Shown piece by piece: positions 1 through 13,020 of a stretch of 64,000 nt of DNA. A program made the position numbers and the translations under genes. How positions within the stretch are numbered: position 1 is the first letter of the stretch; each line of letters starts with the position of its first letter. This stretch comes from Alloascoidea hylecoeti (taxonomy: Eukaryota), in assembly GCA_001600815.1 (NCBI GenBank), contig BCKZ01000010.1, forward strand, positions 265,527 through 329,526, in the 5' to 3' direction. A model generated the notes under the pieces. It had not been told where the DNA came from, did not search any database, and saw only the letters and a list, made by a program, of their open reading frames with translations.

Positions 1-103
1 ACTCTTCTTTCTTCCCTTCTTATGTACCTAGACCACCTTTAAAGTTACATCTATTGTAAGCTATTAAGTCATCAGTAGCTTACTTTACAAAAACTCATCT
101 TTT

Positions 104-177
104 GGGCGTCTGGTGTAGTTGGTTATCACATTCGCTTAGCATGCGAGAGGTCCCCGGTTCGATTCCGGTGTCGTCCA
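104..177 (+). tRNA. tRNA-Ala(AGC), intronless
   Basis: Cloverleaf GGGCGTC...GTCGTCCA with G3:U70 Ala determinant, anticodon arm TTCGC-TTAGCAT-GCGAG, T-loop GGTTCGATTCC, followed by a TTTTT terminator at 181. Confidence 0.96.
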
Positions 178-199
178 TAATTTTTGAACTTTTTTCTTA

Positions 200-789
200 A
201 GTTCCTCCATGGCACAGCGGTGCAATTTTTTGCATCATAGAGATCCAACAAAATGGAAAACATGGTGGGAATTGTTAGCAAAGATAAACAAAGAAAATCC
301 TGGATCAGTGGATTTTATACATCGGCTAAACATACGAAATTATTCTCATCATTGGGAATTTAAATCCAAACATCACATTAATGGATCACTAGACAAATGT
401 ATTTTATGTTTTCAACCAGGTATAGAAACAGAATCGCATATATTTAATAAATGTGAAATCAAGAAAATGATATTCAAAACCCTACATGGTACAGATGTAA
501 CTTTGGAAGATTTGATATGCCTGGCGATAACGAATCATGAGATTATCAGAAACTTGAGTTTGATTTCTGGGATAATATGGAGTCCATAGAAGATTTAGCG
601 ATCAATAAATGGAAAATGACGATTCCAATAATCAGAAAAGAGAAAAACTGCGTTTATATTTAAAATACAAATAATAATGATATATTGGTCTTTATCAGGT
701 AAGATGAAGAAATAAAAATAAATAATTACTATACATACATACATTTACAATATATATTTATAAATTTAAATAGTTTATAATAAAATATA
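200..789 (+). mobile_element. 5'-truncated, decayed L1/Tx1-like non-LTR retrotransposon (copy 1: ORF2 C-terminus, 3' UTR, A-tail)
   Basis: ORF 209-589 carries a CCHC knuckle (CILCFQPGIETESHIFNKC) and an IIW motif typical of the L1 ORF2 C-terminus; it is homologous to the 3' part of copy 2 and ends in GTAAAAGAAAAAAAA. Confidence 0.75.
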
Positions 790-959
790 ATTAAGTAAAA
801 GAAAAAAAATTCAATATCAGCGTACTGCATACTGAGCGTTAGGAGGGTGGGTATGGCTCAAAGTCGAGTCCCACCCTGAACAAATGCACGTTTTTCGTTC
901 ATAATCGGATTCTCCTCCCAAATACCCGATCAGGAACCATAACTATTTAGAGTGTAAAT

Positions 960-2890
960 TTAATAACACGACAGTCAAACCTTTAGATTTGTTCAGACAG
1001 CTTAATTACACAAAAGGAAAACAAAAAACGACTCTAAGTGAGAAAGCTCTTCTTCAATGTGAATTTACTCTTGAAGAGTTATCCACGGCGTTGGAACATT
1101 GCCAGATGACAAGGGCACCTGGGGCAGACGGCATTCCCTACAAGTTTTATAAAACCACTTGGGATAATTCAGGACCTAGGCTGGTGAAAATATCAAATCA
1201 TATTCTAAAAACGGGAAATCATCCTATTCCGATGAAAACCGTTCATCTTCTAAAGATTTATCATTATCTCAAAAGTATTCTCGAAGCTTTCGGTCTTCCA
1301 AATAATCTCATAAACATGATCTTATCTTTCGTTACCTAGCAGGTGGACACCCATAAACATGTAACTTTTGTTGATGATTTGTGCTGTTATCTGAGGAACC
1401 TAGACCATCATCACACTCTGAAAATATCTTTTAAGTATTTTCAAAGTTCGCAAATATCAAGGCAAATAACAAGAAGCCTAGTCTTTTCTTAGTGAATACT
1501 AAGTTAAACTATCCTTCACCCTTAAAGTATCAGGGAAAAAAATCTAAAAATTCTATTCTAACTCCAAATTGGAAAACCAGATTGGAAGATTTGACGGATA
1601 GATTGAAAAAAGTTTTCTTACGTGATTTGTCCATTGGAGATCGTGTTCGTTCTATTAATACCTTTATTTATAGCCGAGTGAATTTTTAAAGTGAGTTCTG
1701 GCCTTTAACTCCCATCCAGTTAATTCGATTTCAAAAGGAGTTCACTAAACAAACTGTTAATCTCAAATTATCAATATCATTAGAGACATTACACCGCCCT
1801 AGAAAACAAGGAGGTTTTGGTCTTCTCGATCTGAGATGCCGTCTAGACGGATTATATTCATCTTGGTTTATATCTATTATATAGCTCCAGCGTACCTTTT
1901 GCGTTGCATATTAGGGCCCTATTACAAAACAAATGTGATGAAAGAAGTTTGCAATACTGCCAATATCGTTATAACAATCTCAATATTTCTTATGAGTTCT
2001 TCTGGTACCATATGTTGTGCGGCTATAATATATGGGATGAAAGGGAGTACATTGATATCATCACCAAATGAAAAAAAGATGGGGAACTTACTTAAAAGCA
2101 TACTCAACTTTAACTACAACGACAACTCTTCACAAGATCACAAAGAAAATTCCTAGACTTGATATAGCCACCGCTTATGAAGTGGTTTCAACACCTGTTC
2201 CTTCTGAAGTTCTCCAAAATGTTCAAACCTTAGATAACCAACAAATATGATCAATCGTATTTCGAAGATCAGCTGCAAGATATTATGATACTTTAAAAGA
2301 TAAACTAATTATTCCAAAATGACCTCCTGAAGTACTACAAAAGCGAAGTATTAAAGGGTGGATTGAATTAGACAAGATAAATAAAACCGATCCGGGGTCC
2401 GTGGATCATTGGCCCCTTCACTCTCCAGCAGAAGATCAATCTAATGGTAAATTAAACAAATGGATCCTATGCTTGAAAAACGGTAACAGAAGAACATGTC
2501 TTTAACAGTTGTCCAATGAAAGCTATAGGATTTAACTCGATTATTGGAAAAGATCTATGTTTGAATGATTTGATTTTTCCATCCTTGGAAGATTCTCAGT
2601 TTATAAAACTCATAAGCCTTAGTGTGGATGTAATATGGCAAATACGAGTCCTTAGACGTTTTAGTTCTATTGATTTAACATTGGAGATCAAATTGGCGAA
2701 TGTGGAAAAACGAAAATTAATTCAGAAATTCAAATAAAGTAGGTGATCATGTTAGATATGATCTCAGACTTGGTTTTACCGCACAGGTATTTAAACCGTT
2801 ATTATATAAAATAATTCAATACTTTCTTCTTATCCTCTTATAGATTAGCTAGTACCATATAATTTATAATAAAATGATCAGGTAAAAAAA
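960..2890 (+). mobile_element. Decayed L1/Tx1-like non-LTR retrotransposon (copy 2: RT region to 3' end)
   Basis: Frameshifted fragments: FTLEELSTAL...APGADGIPYKFYK..W (RT domain 0-1), FVDD catalytic motif near 1366-1377, RVRSINTFIYSR, PRKQGGFGLLDL, a degenerate zinc knuckle and VIW; ends GGTAAAAAAA. Confidence 0.85.
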
Positions 2891-3516
2891 TTAGTTATTT
2901 TTTATGCTACAATACCTCGTGTTAATTTCAAAGCCCTTTTTAGTATATTAGTATTGTATACGTCCAACATTTCCTCTTTAAACTTACTTTATTTAACTCC
3001 GTATTTATTACTATGTTTTCTCTTTGTTTACTGGTTTGATTTTTAGGCTTAGATTAATGCAGGTATATTGTCGTATCACTCGATGAAATTCTCAACAACA
3101 AACAAATAGTCTCAAAATAAAAATAGGAATCTATCAAGAATGTCTGAAAGATGGAAAACATAATAATCAATAACTTAATCGAAAATGAAGAACTCTCTGG
3201 AACGTGTCTATATCACACACTTATGATTCTTAGCTGGAATTATAACTTTTTATAATTTAAAGGTTTCTCTTGTATAGACCAAAATCTCGATATATCCAAA
3301 ATCTCTACTTATCTTCTAAAATAAAATCTCTATATAAAACGGTATACCGTAAGTTTTTATGTTTTATCCCGGGTTTGGCTGTCCTATATTATTCCAATCA
3401 TGTGCCAGCTGACTAATAATAATTAGAACTATTAATTATGCTTATGTAATCACATGACTAGTATTTACTATTTATATTATGAAAATTGACTTTCTTTTTC
3501 TGATTTTCATATAATA

Positions 3517-5051
3517 ATGACAAACAGTGAAAAAGAAAGCACCTCTAGAGAGGAGAGAATAGTCTCTTCTCTACTTGACACAGATTTGTACAAAATAACT
3601 ATGCATGCCGCTGTTCATAAACATTATCCAACTGCCGGTAAGCATATACTTTAAGTAATTCAAGTGTTTGTTCACTTCACCGTTATATTGATTTTGATCC
3701 TAATTCCGGTGTAGTTGTCGAGTATAAATATACAAATAGAACGACGGCTATGAAGTTCAATAACAAGGCAGCACTTTGGATAGAGAGGGAAATAAATTGT
3801 AAGCAAATCATATAAATATATTACGATGATCAGCAATCTCGTCGGATCATTATTTAGATTATGCTAACATTCAATTATCGTACTATTCTATTATTAAAAC
3901 ATAGACCTCGGGGATTTGCGTTTTGAACCGGACGAAATTGAATATTTAGGGAGAGCAGTTCCTTATCTACCAACCGCCTACTATGACTATCTCTCTACTT
4001 TCCAGTTACGTCCCAAGCAACAAATCAAAGTGACTTTTTCGGATGTCGATGATCTGGATATATCAATTGCTGGTTTATGGATTGATACTATTTTGTATGA
4101 AATTCCGATTCTGGCAATCGTATCTGAAGCATATTTCAGATTTATCGATACCGATTGGAATTATGATAATCAAATAGAAAATGCTGAATCCAAAATCATA
4201 AAATTATTAAATGATGATTGTGTTGTTAGTGAATTTGGGACAAGGAGAAGAAGATCAGTCGAGACACAAGAATTAGTCATCGAAGGATTGTTGAAAGGAT
4301 CAAAGGAAACTAAAAATCCTCAGTTATTTACTGGTACTTCAAATGTAATGTTTGCAAAGAAATTTAATATTAAACCTATTGGAACTGTCGCTCATGAATG
4401 GTTCATGGGTATTGCCGGTGCCACAGATGATTATATCAATGCTAATAAATTAGCAATGCAGTACTGGATTGATACAGTTGGTGCTGAAAATAGTGGTGTT
4501 GCATTAACTGATACATTTGGAACAGAGGCATTCTTACGAGTGTTCAGACCTCCTTTCACAGATATTTATGCTGGTGTTCGACAAGATTCTGGGGATCCCG
4601 AGAAGTATACTGAACTATTGGGACATCATTACTTTGAAGAGTTGGGATATCAGAAAGGGACAAAGACTATAGTTTTCAGTGATAGCTTGAATGTGGAGAA
4701 GTGCATCAAGTATAAAGCGAAAGCAGACGCCATTGGATTCAAAACATCATTTGGTGTTGGTACCTTCTTTTCTAGTAAGCGTTTGATACATTTTCTTCTT
4801 CTTGTTTGTTTTTTTGCTAACGATCTTTTCCTATTGTAGATGATTTTAATCATTTGACATCTCCTTATACAAAGTCAACTCCTTTAAACATTGTCATTAA
4901 GCTGAAGAGTATAAATGGAAAGCCAGCAATTAAAATCAGTGACAATTTAGGCAAGAACATGGGAGATCCAAAGGTTGTTCAAAAAGTGAAGGCAGATCTG
5001 GGATATGTTGAGAAAACTTGGAAAGACGGCGATGAAGCTCATAGATGGTGA
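3517..5051 (+). CDS. NPT1: Nicotinate phosphoribosyltransferase; introns 3638-3714, 3799-3904, 4775-4839
   Basis: [45 protein letters not shown] and KISDNLGKN motifs; three GTAAGC...AG introns restore the frame. Confidence 0.96.
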
Positions 5052-8000
5052 TCTTATTTATTACTATAGTTGATAATAATAACATTTCCTTTTATAGGTA
5101 TTCTTTGTAATTGCAATTGACATGTATTTATTAGGAATTAATATGCATATGCACATGTACAATTTTGATATTTTGTAACAAATATCTGCTTAGTTCTTCC
5201 TCCACCATCTTTGCTCTTCCAGAGATGGTTACCCTTGTTATTATTTGTAGTTGTCTTTATATTTTTGGATTTTTATTATATATTATTTAAATTTGATTCT
5301 GAATTTGTGATTATTGGGTGTTGGCTTATATTTATGGAAACATTCTTTCAGATGCATCAATCACAATTGATCTTGAATATTTTTTATGGCTTTATAAAAA
5401 AGAGATCTATGAGGCAAAAAAGCTTAAGTGTTGTCGTTTTAATTATAAGATACATAAATAAAACTTTTGTCATAATTAGCATTCATAACTTAAACATCAA
5501 TTGCAACAGAATGTTCATTCCTCTTAACCTTTTTACCCCCGAGTGGGTTGATTATATAAAATTTATTTATAAGGAATGCATATAAGACCAACATTAATTA
5601 CTTTACCCCTTCTAAAATCTTACGAACCCTTTCAACTGGCAGTTGTTTAATTGGATGTAGAGCGCTACATACAGTAGATATGTTGACCTATGCATAGGTA
5701 TATAACTGAATATAAGTAAACACATGTACATGGAAATATATTACTCTTATAATCATAGATTGCGAAGAAGCAATTTAGTTCTGGCACTTGAATTTAGTAA
5801 CTATGTGTGTAATAGGTGTATTCATCGTAGCTGTAGAAGATCAAATATATAGTTTATTAAGTTACGTAACCATATTATTTTTATTGCAAGAGCTATATCG
5901 TATCGAAGCTGTTGAACTTTTTGATTTCAATTTGCGATTTCATTATTAATCGTCTTCATTAATTATATTAACGTGGTATTTCTCATTTCCGTGAGGTTGA
6001 CTATGCAGGTCGATTATATATTCTAGATGTCTTTATGATATATATATACACGCTTATTAAATGCGTACCATATTTCAATTGGTATACAACAGCTACCTTG
6101 TTCCAAAAAGAATTGTATATAAATATTAGTATATAAAAGATAGCTTTAAATTGGATTCTTGAAATTTCAATTTCAACTGATGATGACAAGATTCTTTGCA
6201 CACTTATTAAAAAATTGAGAAATTGGCATAGATATAGAAACATATATTAAATTCCTCAATGTTCCGAGTGTCATTTAAATATACGTATACTCATTTATAT
6301 AAAGTAGATCTACAACTATTACTAGGTTGTTCTTGTTGCAATTGTGATGAACAAACCTTAATAATTATATGTAAAACAAAAAATGTGTGCGAGATCATAG
6401 TTAACTGGTTCAAAAGATATATGACCACTCGATCTCCATAATAAAGAATTCACATAGATTGTCTTTATTTAATTCCCATTTTTCAATTATAATCAATATT
6501 GGAATTAATGAATTTATGATAGGAGATCATCACAATTTAAATATTATTAATTATAATTGTCGAGAACACTAATATTAATATTAATTAGTATTAGAATCAA
6601 AGGACATACATAATTATATATAACTCATAAACTAATCATTAACTATAATAACTATATCGATAAAATATTCCATGTATTGAGATCACTATCAGTTATATCG
6701 GTAATCTTTGGTACATTAATATATATATAGGGTTATTATAGGTTCCGGTAAGTCTTGAGAAGTTATATCTCTATAAATTTAAATATCTAGAGATTGAATA
6801 AGGCGATTAAAAAAATAGAAAATGATATAATTTTATACAATTGCAAAATTTTTCATTAATACATATTACGTATACATTGACATCTTAGATTTTGCAGTCA
6901 AATATAACTTTTCTAGATCGATTTAATACGATATAAATATATTATTATATGAATTAATTATATGTAGTAATGACATAGAAATAGAGTCAATGGAATATAA
7001 ATGCACAATAGGTAAGACTTTAAATCAACTAAAATTAAATGTAATAGTTTAAGCTTGAAATTGCAATTGTTGTAGCTGACAATACATAGGCATATATGTA
7101 TATATAAGCATCATATATAATATTCATAATATAACTAATGCTAAAATCTAGAGCTATATAAATAATCATAATATAATATATACATGCAAAGTTTACATAT
7201 TAAAGCTAAGCGTACGCGTAGAGGCCTTGTATGCAACATATCTGATTATTGTGAATAGCAGGCTGAACAGAGTTAATCATCAACAATCTACCGAAAAAAA
7301 TTAATATATTTATGTTGATGTTATACATAATTTTGTCTGTACTTAATTAATATTAATTAAACCGGCTTTAGGCCAGCTGTGATCTGATAATAAGCGATAT
7401 TGATATTAAAATTGCAATTATATGTAATAGCATAAACAACTATTAAAAAGACATTATATAATTATATATATGCTATTAGCTTTTTTCAGACTCTTTTAAA
7501 TGAATGGTACCAGTATCAACGTTAGTTAAAACGATGTAAATAATATTACCACTACTTTCTATATATAGCAATCTTGCTTCTGAAACTTATAGATAATCAT
7601 AGGTATGACACGGTGAAGTTGTGTCTTTACACTGTTTACAGATATATTGGTACATGTATGTATAATGAGAATATTGAATGAAACAGCTATAGGAAATTAT
7701 TCATAATTGATTGTAAGCTAGCGCTTAATTTGTGCTCATATAGCTCAAGTCTATGTTTAAATTTGTTACATCTGTAATACCAATTATAATCGTTATACTA
7801 TAGTGATATCGATTGATAGTGATTTTTATTTAATTAAAATTAGGCAATTATACCGTGATATATAATGTATCGTTAATGGTATATGTGTTTAATCTCTCCA
7901 GACTTAAATCTGATAATCGCTTTGTATTCTTTATAAATCGAAAGATAAAACTATTGATTCATATTAACATCACCATATATACTATTTCCGATTGTTCTTC

Positions 8001-9333
8001 GAGGTCTTCAGTCGTCTTTATTATTATTTATACAACATTTTATGGTAGATGTTTAATTTTCTGTTGTAATAATTCCATATATCTAAGATATACAACTGAG
8101 ATGGCTATAGCTATGGCGTCGAGGCGTTTACTAATAGTCGGCCTAGGTCTCCTGGCCACGGTCAACCCATTCATTTCAAGACATTGAAAATCGGAGGTGA
8201 TCTAGATCGTGATGATAATATCCCATGATCATGATCAATTGGTTGTAGATTTTTAAACAGTATTTAGTTTCATTAAATATTATGCCTGGACCTATATCTA
8301 TGAAACAAAAAAAATATTTCAATACGCATATACCCATATTTATAAGCATATAAGCTTAAGGTTGATAACTCATTATCATGATTGCATAGCTAGAGCGATA
8401 ATTTGAAAACTATACCGGTGTCCTTCTTTTTAAATTTTATCAGTTTCAAACCTTTTCAAATTCGTATTATCTGAAATGGGGCTTAAAATTTCAAGTTTAA
8501 TTCTAGTATCTATATCGATGGCAAAATAAAAGATGTTACTGGTATCAATATTACAATAGAAGTAAAATTTGATTCTCATGTTGACTTAGAGGCATTAGTT
8601 TCTGAATTTTATCTTATAATTAAAACTTAACCATTAATGATAATATTATGGATATGTCAAACTTTCTTTGTGATGCTTCTGCATTCATGGTGAATTGCAA
8701 TTACAAGATGAATTTCAATGTAAATTAATAATATTATTCAATTGTATTAAAATACCTACATCGAAAGTCAACTGTTTACAGCTGTTACCATAACTTATCA
8801 TTTAATTATTATAATTTAATCAGAGGAAACTTACTATATTAATTGAGGAAATTCATGTAATCTTCATAACCTTTATAATTTAGACGTAAGTAATAAAGTT
8901 AACTATAGGAAAAATACCTAATTAATGATTATAATGGTGGAAATTTTTTATATTCATGTTAATATTATAGACTTAAATATCATACGACCACCTGTACATT
9001 TAGGTTCTAACGGTTAACGTTTACTCCTGTTTATTGATATTATGACAGCTATCTTTTATTACTCTTGAACTTATAATTAGTAATGATAAACGCAGGCGGT
9101 ATAAACTTCAACTTTAACTGATATATATATATATATATAATAACTTTTCTTTCAGCAAATAAGAGATAGCACGGGACATCTATTATCTACTATATATGGT
9201 GTAACTAATTATAGGGATAGCTGAATCTACTTAAAATAGCAATTATAATCTTATACATATCTGTATATACATACTCTTAATATTAATTGTTTATAATTAT
9301 TTATCCTGAGCCATGTTCAAGGATCATCCTATT

Positions 9334-9970
9334 GTAATCGGTTAGCCCAGGGGAATGGGTTACCCTATATAGATACACCTGCCACCACTAGAGGACAATT
9401 TGCTTAAGTTTGATGAAGAATTCGGAAGAGGGGTTTCCAATAAAGATGAAGCGTGAGAGTTTTATAGAAAACTAGCTTTTTCAGGAGATGAAAAAGGCTG
9501 AAACCCCACAATATTGGGAGGTGCTAGATGTTTAATTATTATGGTAGGAGAAACAATCAGTTCAATTGCCATCATTAGCCACCCCGAACTCTCTGGAAAC
9601 AAAATGAAACAATTAGTTAAGGGTATAGAAGGCAAGGGAAAGTTACTTAAGGAAAACCCAGTACTTGGTGATATCCAGGTACAAGGTAAACTTCTTGAAG
9701 TAGAGATGTTACCATAAAACACAGGGTACAAAAGAAAAAGTCTCTAACTTTGAATTAAAAATAAAAGGCGGCTAAAAAATTTCCAGGAGAATCTATTAGG
9801 ATAAGTAGTTTACTTATATATAATATATTTAGTTATTTCATATTTTTTGGTGATGTTGGTAGTCGATTAGTATGTAAACACTTGTTTTGGGGTAGCGGTT
9901 TCCCTGGTCTAACCGATTACTTAGGTCCACTTATAGTTGTATTGATTGTCAATTGCTAGCTCATTTTTGA
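9334..9970 (+). ncRNA. Candidate large structured non-coding RNA (identity unknown; alternatively a TIR-bounded non-autonomous element)
   Basis: 5'/3' terminal helix (GTAATCGGTTAG 9334-9345 / CTAACCGATTAC 9909-9920, extending imperfectly), several internal 6-10 bp helices with G-U pairs on the + strand, and an Sm-like ATTTTTG at 9963-9969. Confidence 0.45.
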
Positions 9971-11944
9971 ATAATTTAGATCAATAGATCAATTGCAAGA
10001 TTTAGAATTGTTTCTTCCAGATTTCCAATAATGTTAAAATTTTATATGCAAGTATTTATGACTATAAAAGACTAAACTTGCTCTTTCAACCCGACTAAAC
10101 TCTGCGTGGATTCCATGGTTTCATTTGACTGTTAACTTTTAATTTATCCTTTGCTTTGTAGGCTTTACAGCCTGTACTACAATAAGATAAAACAAGGTTG
10201 AGAAATAAAAGTAATTTCAATTAAATTATATAAAGACTAGATATCCCCCTAAATCTATAATATATAGATAACCGTTAAGCTTAATAAAGTTAAAAAATCC
10301 AACTTCAAATGAAAATTCACTCACAATTACGATTGCAATTGTTATATATAATTAGTTACAGAGCTAGCATATATAATAGATTTCAGTTGCAGTAAATGCT
10401 AGCGCTATAAAATCTTATAATTAGCGATAGACAACACGATACAAGGCCTTTAATCGTTTGCAAATATTGAAATATATTTAAATTTATACCCCTTAAGCTT
10501 AAGCTTATATATATGAAGGTATGATTGTTAAATATACAGACTTATTATAATTATAAGATATTATATCTTTATAAGGTTAAATTTATATACGCGCCGGTAT
10601 ATAATTATAAATTATAACGTTAACATTAATATTAATTGTATTAATCATCCCTATAGCTATAGCTATCCGATTAATTTAATTAACAATTTAAAGAAATGAA
10701 AATTGCAGTCAATATTATACTAATTTTAAAGTATAAGTTCAATAATGAATAAAAGAGAATATTAAAATATGGATCTATTATAAAAAACCGAAATATAGAA
10801 ATCATTGCAACATTGAGCTTGAGATTATATTTATAAAATAACAAAACTTCCAACCAATCAGTCTCTACGGCATATTTATCTATAATTATATCAAATTATA
10901 ACAACTATTAATGCATTAATATTTGAAATACTAGCTATAGATATATTGAATTAATTACATAACTGTTGTTGTCTAAATATACATGAATTCGAAAGCTAAA
11001 TCAAGCTTAAGTATTTACTTAGGCTTGATCATGATCACCAGATTTAAGGCAGTTAAATACTCAATATTATTGCAACATCTAGTATTTTATTTGAGGAGGA
11101 AATATAACTCATTCAATTCAATGTTAGAACTAGCTAAAACTGGATTGATTCAATATCATAACACCTATAAAAGAGAATATTAATTTCAACAATTCAATTC
11201 GTAGTTTCAACTACGTATAGCGTTGGGGATATTATTAGGCTAGAGCTCTAGATCTATAGCTAAACTAATTTTACTATAATTTTCGTTGGAATTAAATATT
11301 AAAATTAAAATATGATTGATTGTGGGTATTATCATTAATGCTAATTGCTGATAAATAATGAATTTTTACAAGGAAAATCATGCTACAAGCTTAAGTTGAA
11401 AATATAAGTTATACCACATGATATTATATTAATATTAATTATTAAAGCTTGAGGAATTTGTGTTAAAGCTCGAAGTTTTAGCTGAATATAAATTTCATAA
11501 AATAATTATAATCAAAGAATGTAAAATTTTATTTCTCGCAACTTAATTTTTTGTTTGCTGAGAATAGATTTAAATTAAAGGGTAACAAAGAGTAGGTCTT
11601 ATCCCCGGTCTCCTTTAAATAATAATAATTATATGTATTTAATTCTGACAGTTAATGAAAGGCATGCTACTAGATAAATTACAGCTGCATCTCTAGATTT
11701 AGGATAATATCAATTGTAATTGAAATATTTTACGGAATAGATGACACCTTACAATTAAGCTGTTTATCATCTCTTGCGGAGATTATTAGACGGATAGGAC
11801 AAGTTTCGAAGCAGGAGAGTTGCTGGGGGCCAAGGTTGGAAGTGGCCGGGATATCTCCAAGGTTTCCGAGTAGAAACGTATCGAGGAGGTGGATTCCTTC
11901 GAGATTGTGTGGTTGGAGGAGCCTTACCGACGTGTAGTACGCTA

Positions 11945-12053
11945 CGGGTAATTATAAACTTACGGTCGTGTGGGAGAAGGCAAAAAAGAAGGTTAACACG
12001 CAATAATAAAGTTGCAATAGTGTGCTTATTTTTGGTCGAGGTCCAGTTACCCG
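11945..12053. promoter_or_regulatory. Two Reb1-type sites in the GC-richer YPD1 promoter
   Basis: CGGGTAA at 11945-11951 and TTACCCG at 12047-12053; the same motif recurs upstream of several other genes in the window. Confidence 0.55.
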
Positions 12054-12190
12054 GTCGCCACATGGGTGTTGGGACTGGTTACGTCAGTGGTGCAGACCTC
12101 CCCATTTTGGCTGTGTTTCTGGATTGTTTCTTATTTTCTCATTTCGTTTGATTTTTCACCTCCATCACAGAAATCTACACATTTTATGAA

Positions 12191-12598
12191 ATGACTTCCT
12201 CAAACCGACCGGACCTTATTGATTGGTCAATTTTCAACGAAATTATGGCAATGGACGAAGACGAGGACTCCTTTTCTTCAAACCTCTTTCTCAACTTTTG
12301 TGATCAAGCTGAGTCCACGTTCTTGAAAATAGACCAGGCTATAAAAGCCCTCGACTTAAAAGCCCTTTCTGACCTAGGTCACTACTTGAAAGGAAGTGCA
12401 GGAAGCCTTGGTCTTATCAAAATTCAACGGTCTTGTGAAAGCATCCAAGATTTTGGCTCTAGAAGAGGTGGTGAAGACAACTGGGATGACCAAAAATACA
12501 TTAATGCAATTGCAGAAATCCTCCAAAGAGTTCAAACCGAGTTCGCAGAAACAAAGGATTTCATGTCTGGATTTTTAGGAATCGAGTCATCTCACTAA
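12191..12598 (+). CDS. YPD1: Histidine phosphotransfer (HPt) protein
   Basis: IDWSIFNEIMAMDEDE, LSDLGHYLKGS (phospho-His) and CESIQ motifs. Confidence 0.95.
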   Translation: MTSSNRPDLIDWSIFNEIMAMDEDEDSFSSNLFLNFCDQAESTFLKIDQAIKALDLKALSDLGHYLKGSAGSLGLIKIQRSCESIQDFGSRRGGEDNWDDQKYINAIAEILQRVQTEFAETKDFMSGFLGIESSH

Positions 12599-13020
12599 TT
12601 GACTAATGCTACGATTATGCGTGTTATTTTCTGATTCTTTTGTGTTTGTGGCTTTTTACAGATATGCTTCCTCAAAACTTATCCATTATGCTCCGAGTTC
12701 TTTCATTTATCTACCCAACGTGTTAATCAAACTTGTTTTTAAAATTTCCAAGAATATTGGGATGTGCTACCGTTTGGTTGGTTTGACTCCTGTTGTTTGT
12801 TCGTATAAATGGAATCATTCAGACTTTACGTGTGATTTACCTATATCAACCCTTAACCTCCTGATTTGTTACTGTTTATTGATTTGTTTTCCTATTGATT
12901 TTTACCTTTTTAATTACTAAAAAACAATTTCATTTGAGTTATATATCTAAATTCTAAAATTGAAAATTATATATTGTTTTTTGATTCATTCCTTTTTGCT
13001 CCTTTGTTTTCTACATTTTA

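Noticed and set aside
5211..8187. Track ORFs at 5211, 6001, 6259 and 7855 (and similar ones at 10983, 12606, 15334, 21701)
   Set aside because: Short, I/F/Y-rich translations typical of random AT-rich DNA, with no motifs.
9462..9731. Short ORFs on both strands inside the folded element
   Set aside because: No recognisable domain, non-ATG or weak starts, and the sequence is better explained by base pairing.
9410..9925. RNase P, RNase MRP or SRP RNA identity for the folded element
   Set aside because: GAATTCGG/ACCGATT and TGTAA resemble conserved motifs, but ACCGATT and TGTAA are used in the terminal helix, the other conserved regions are missing or out of order, and internal T-runs conflict with Pol III transcription.
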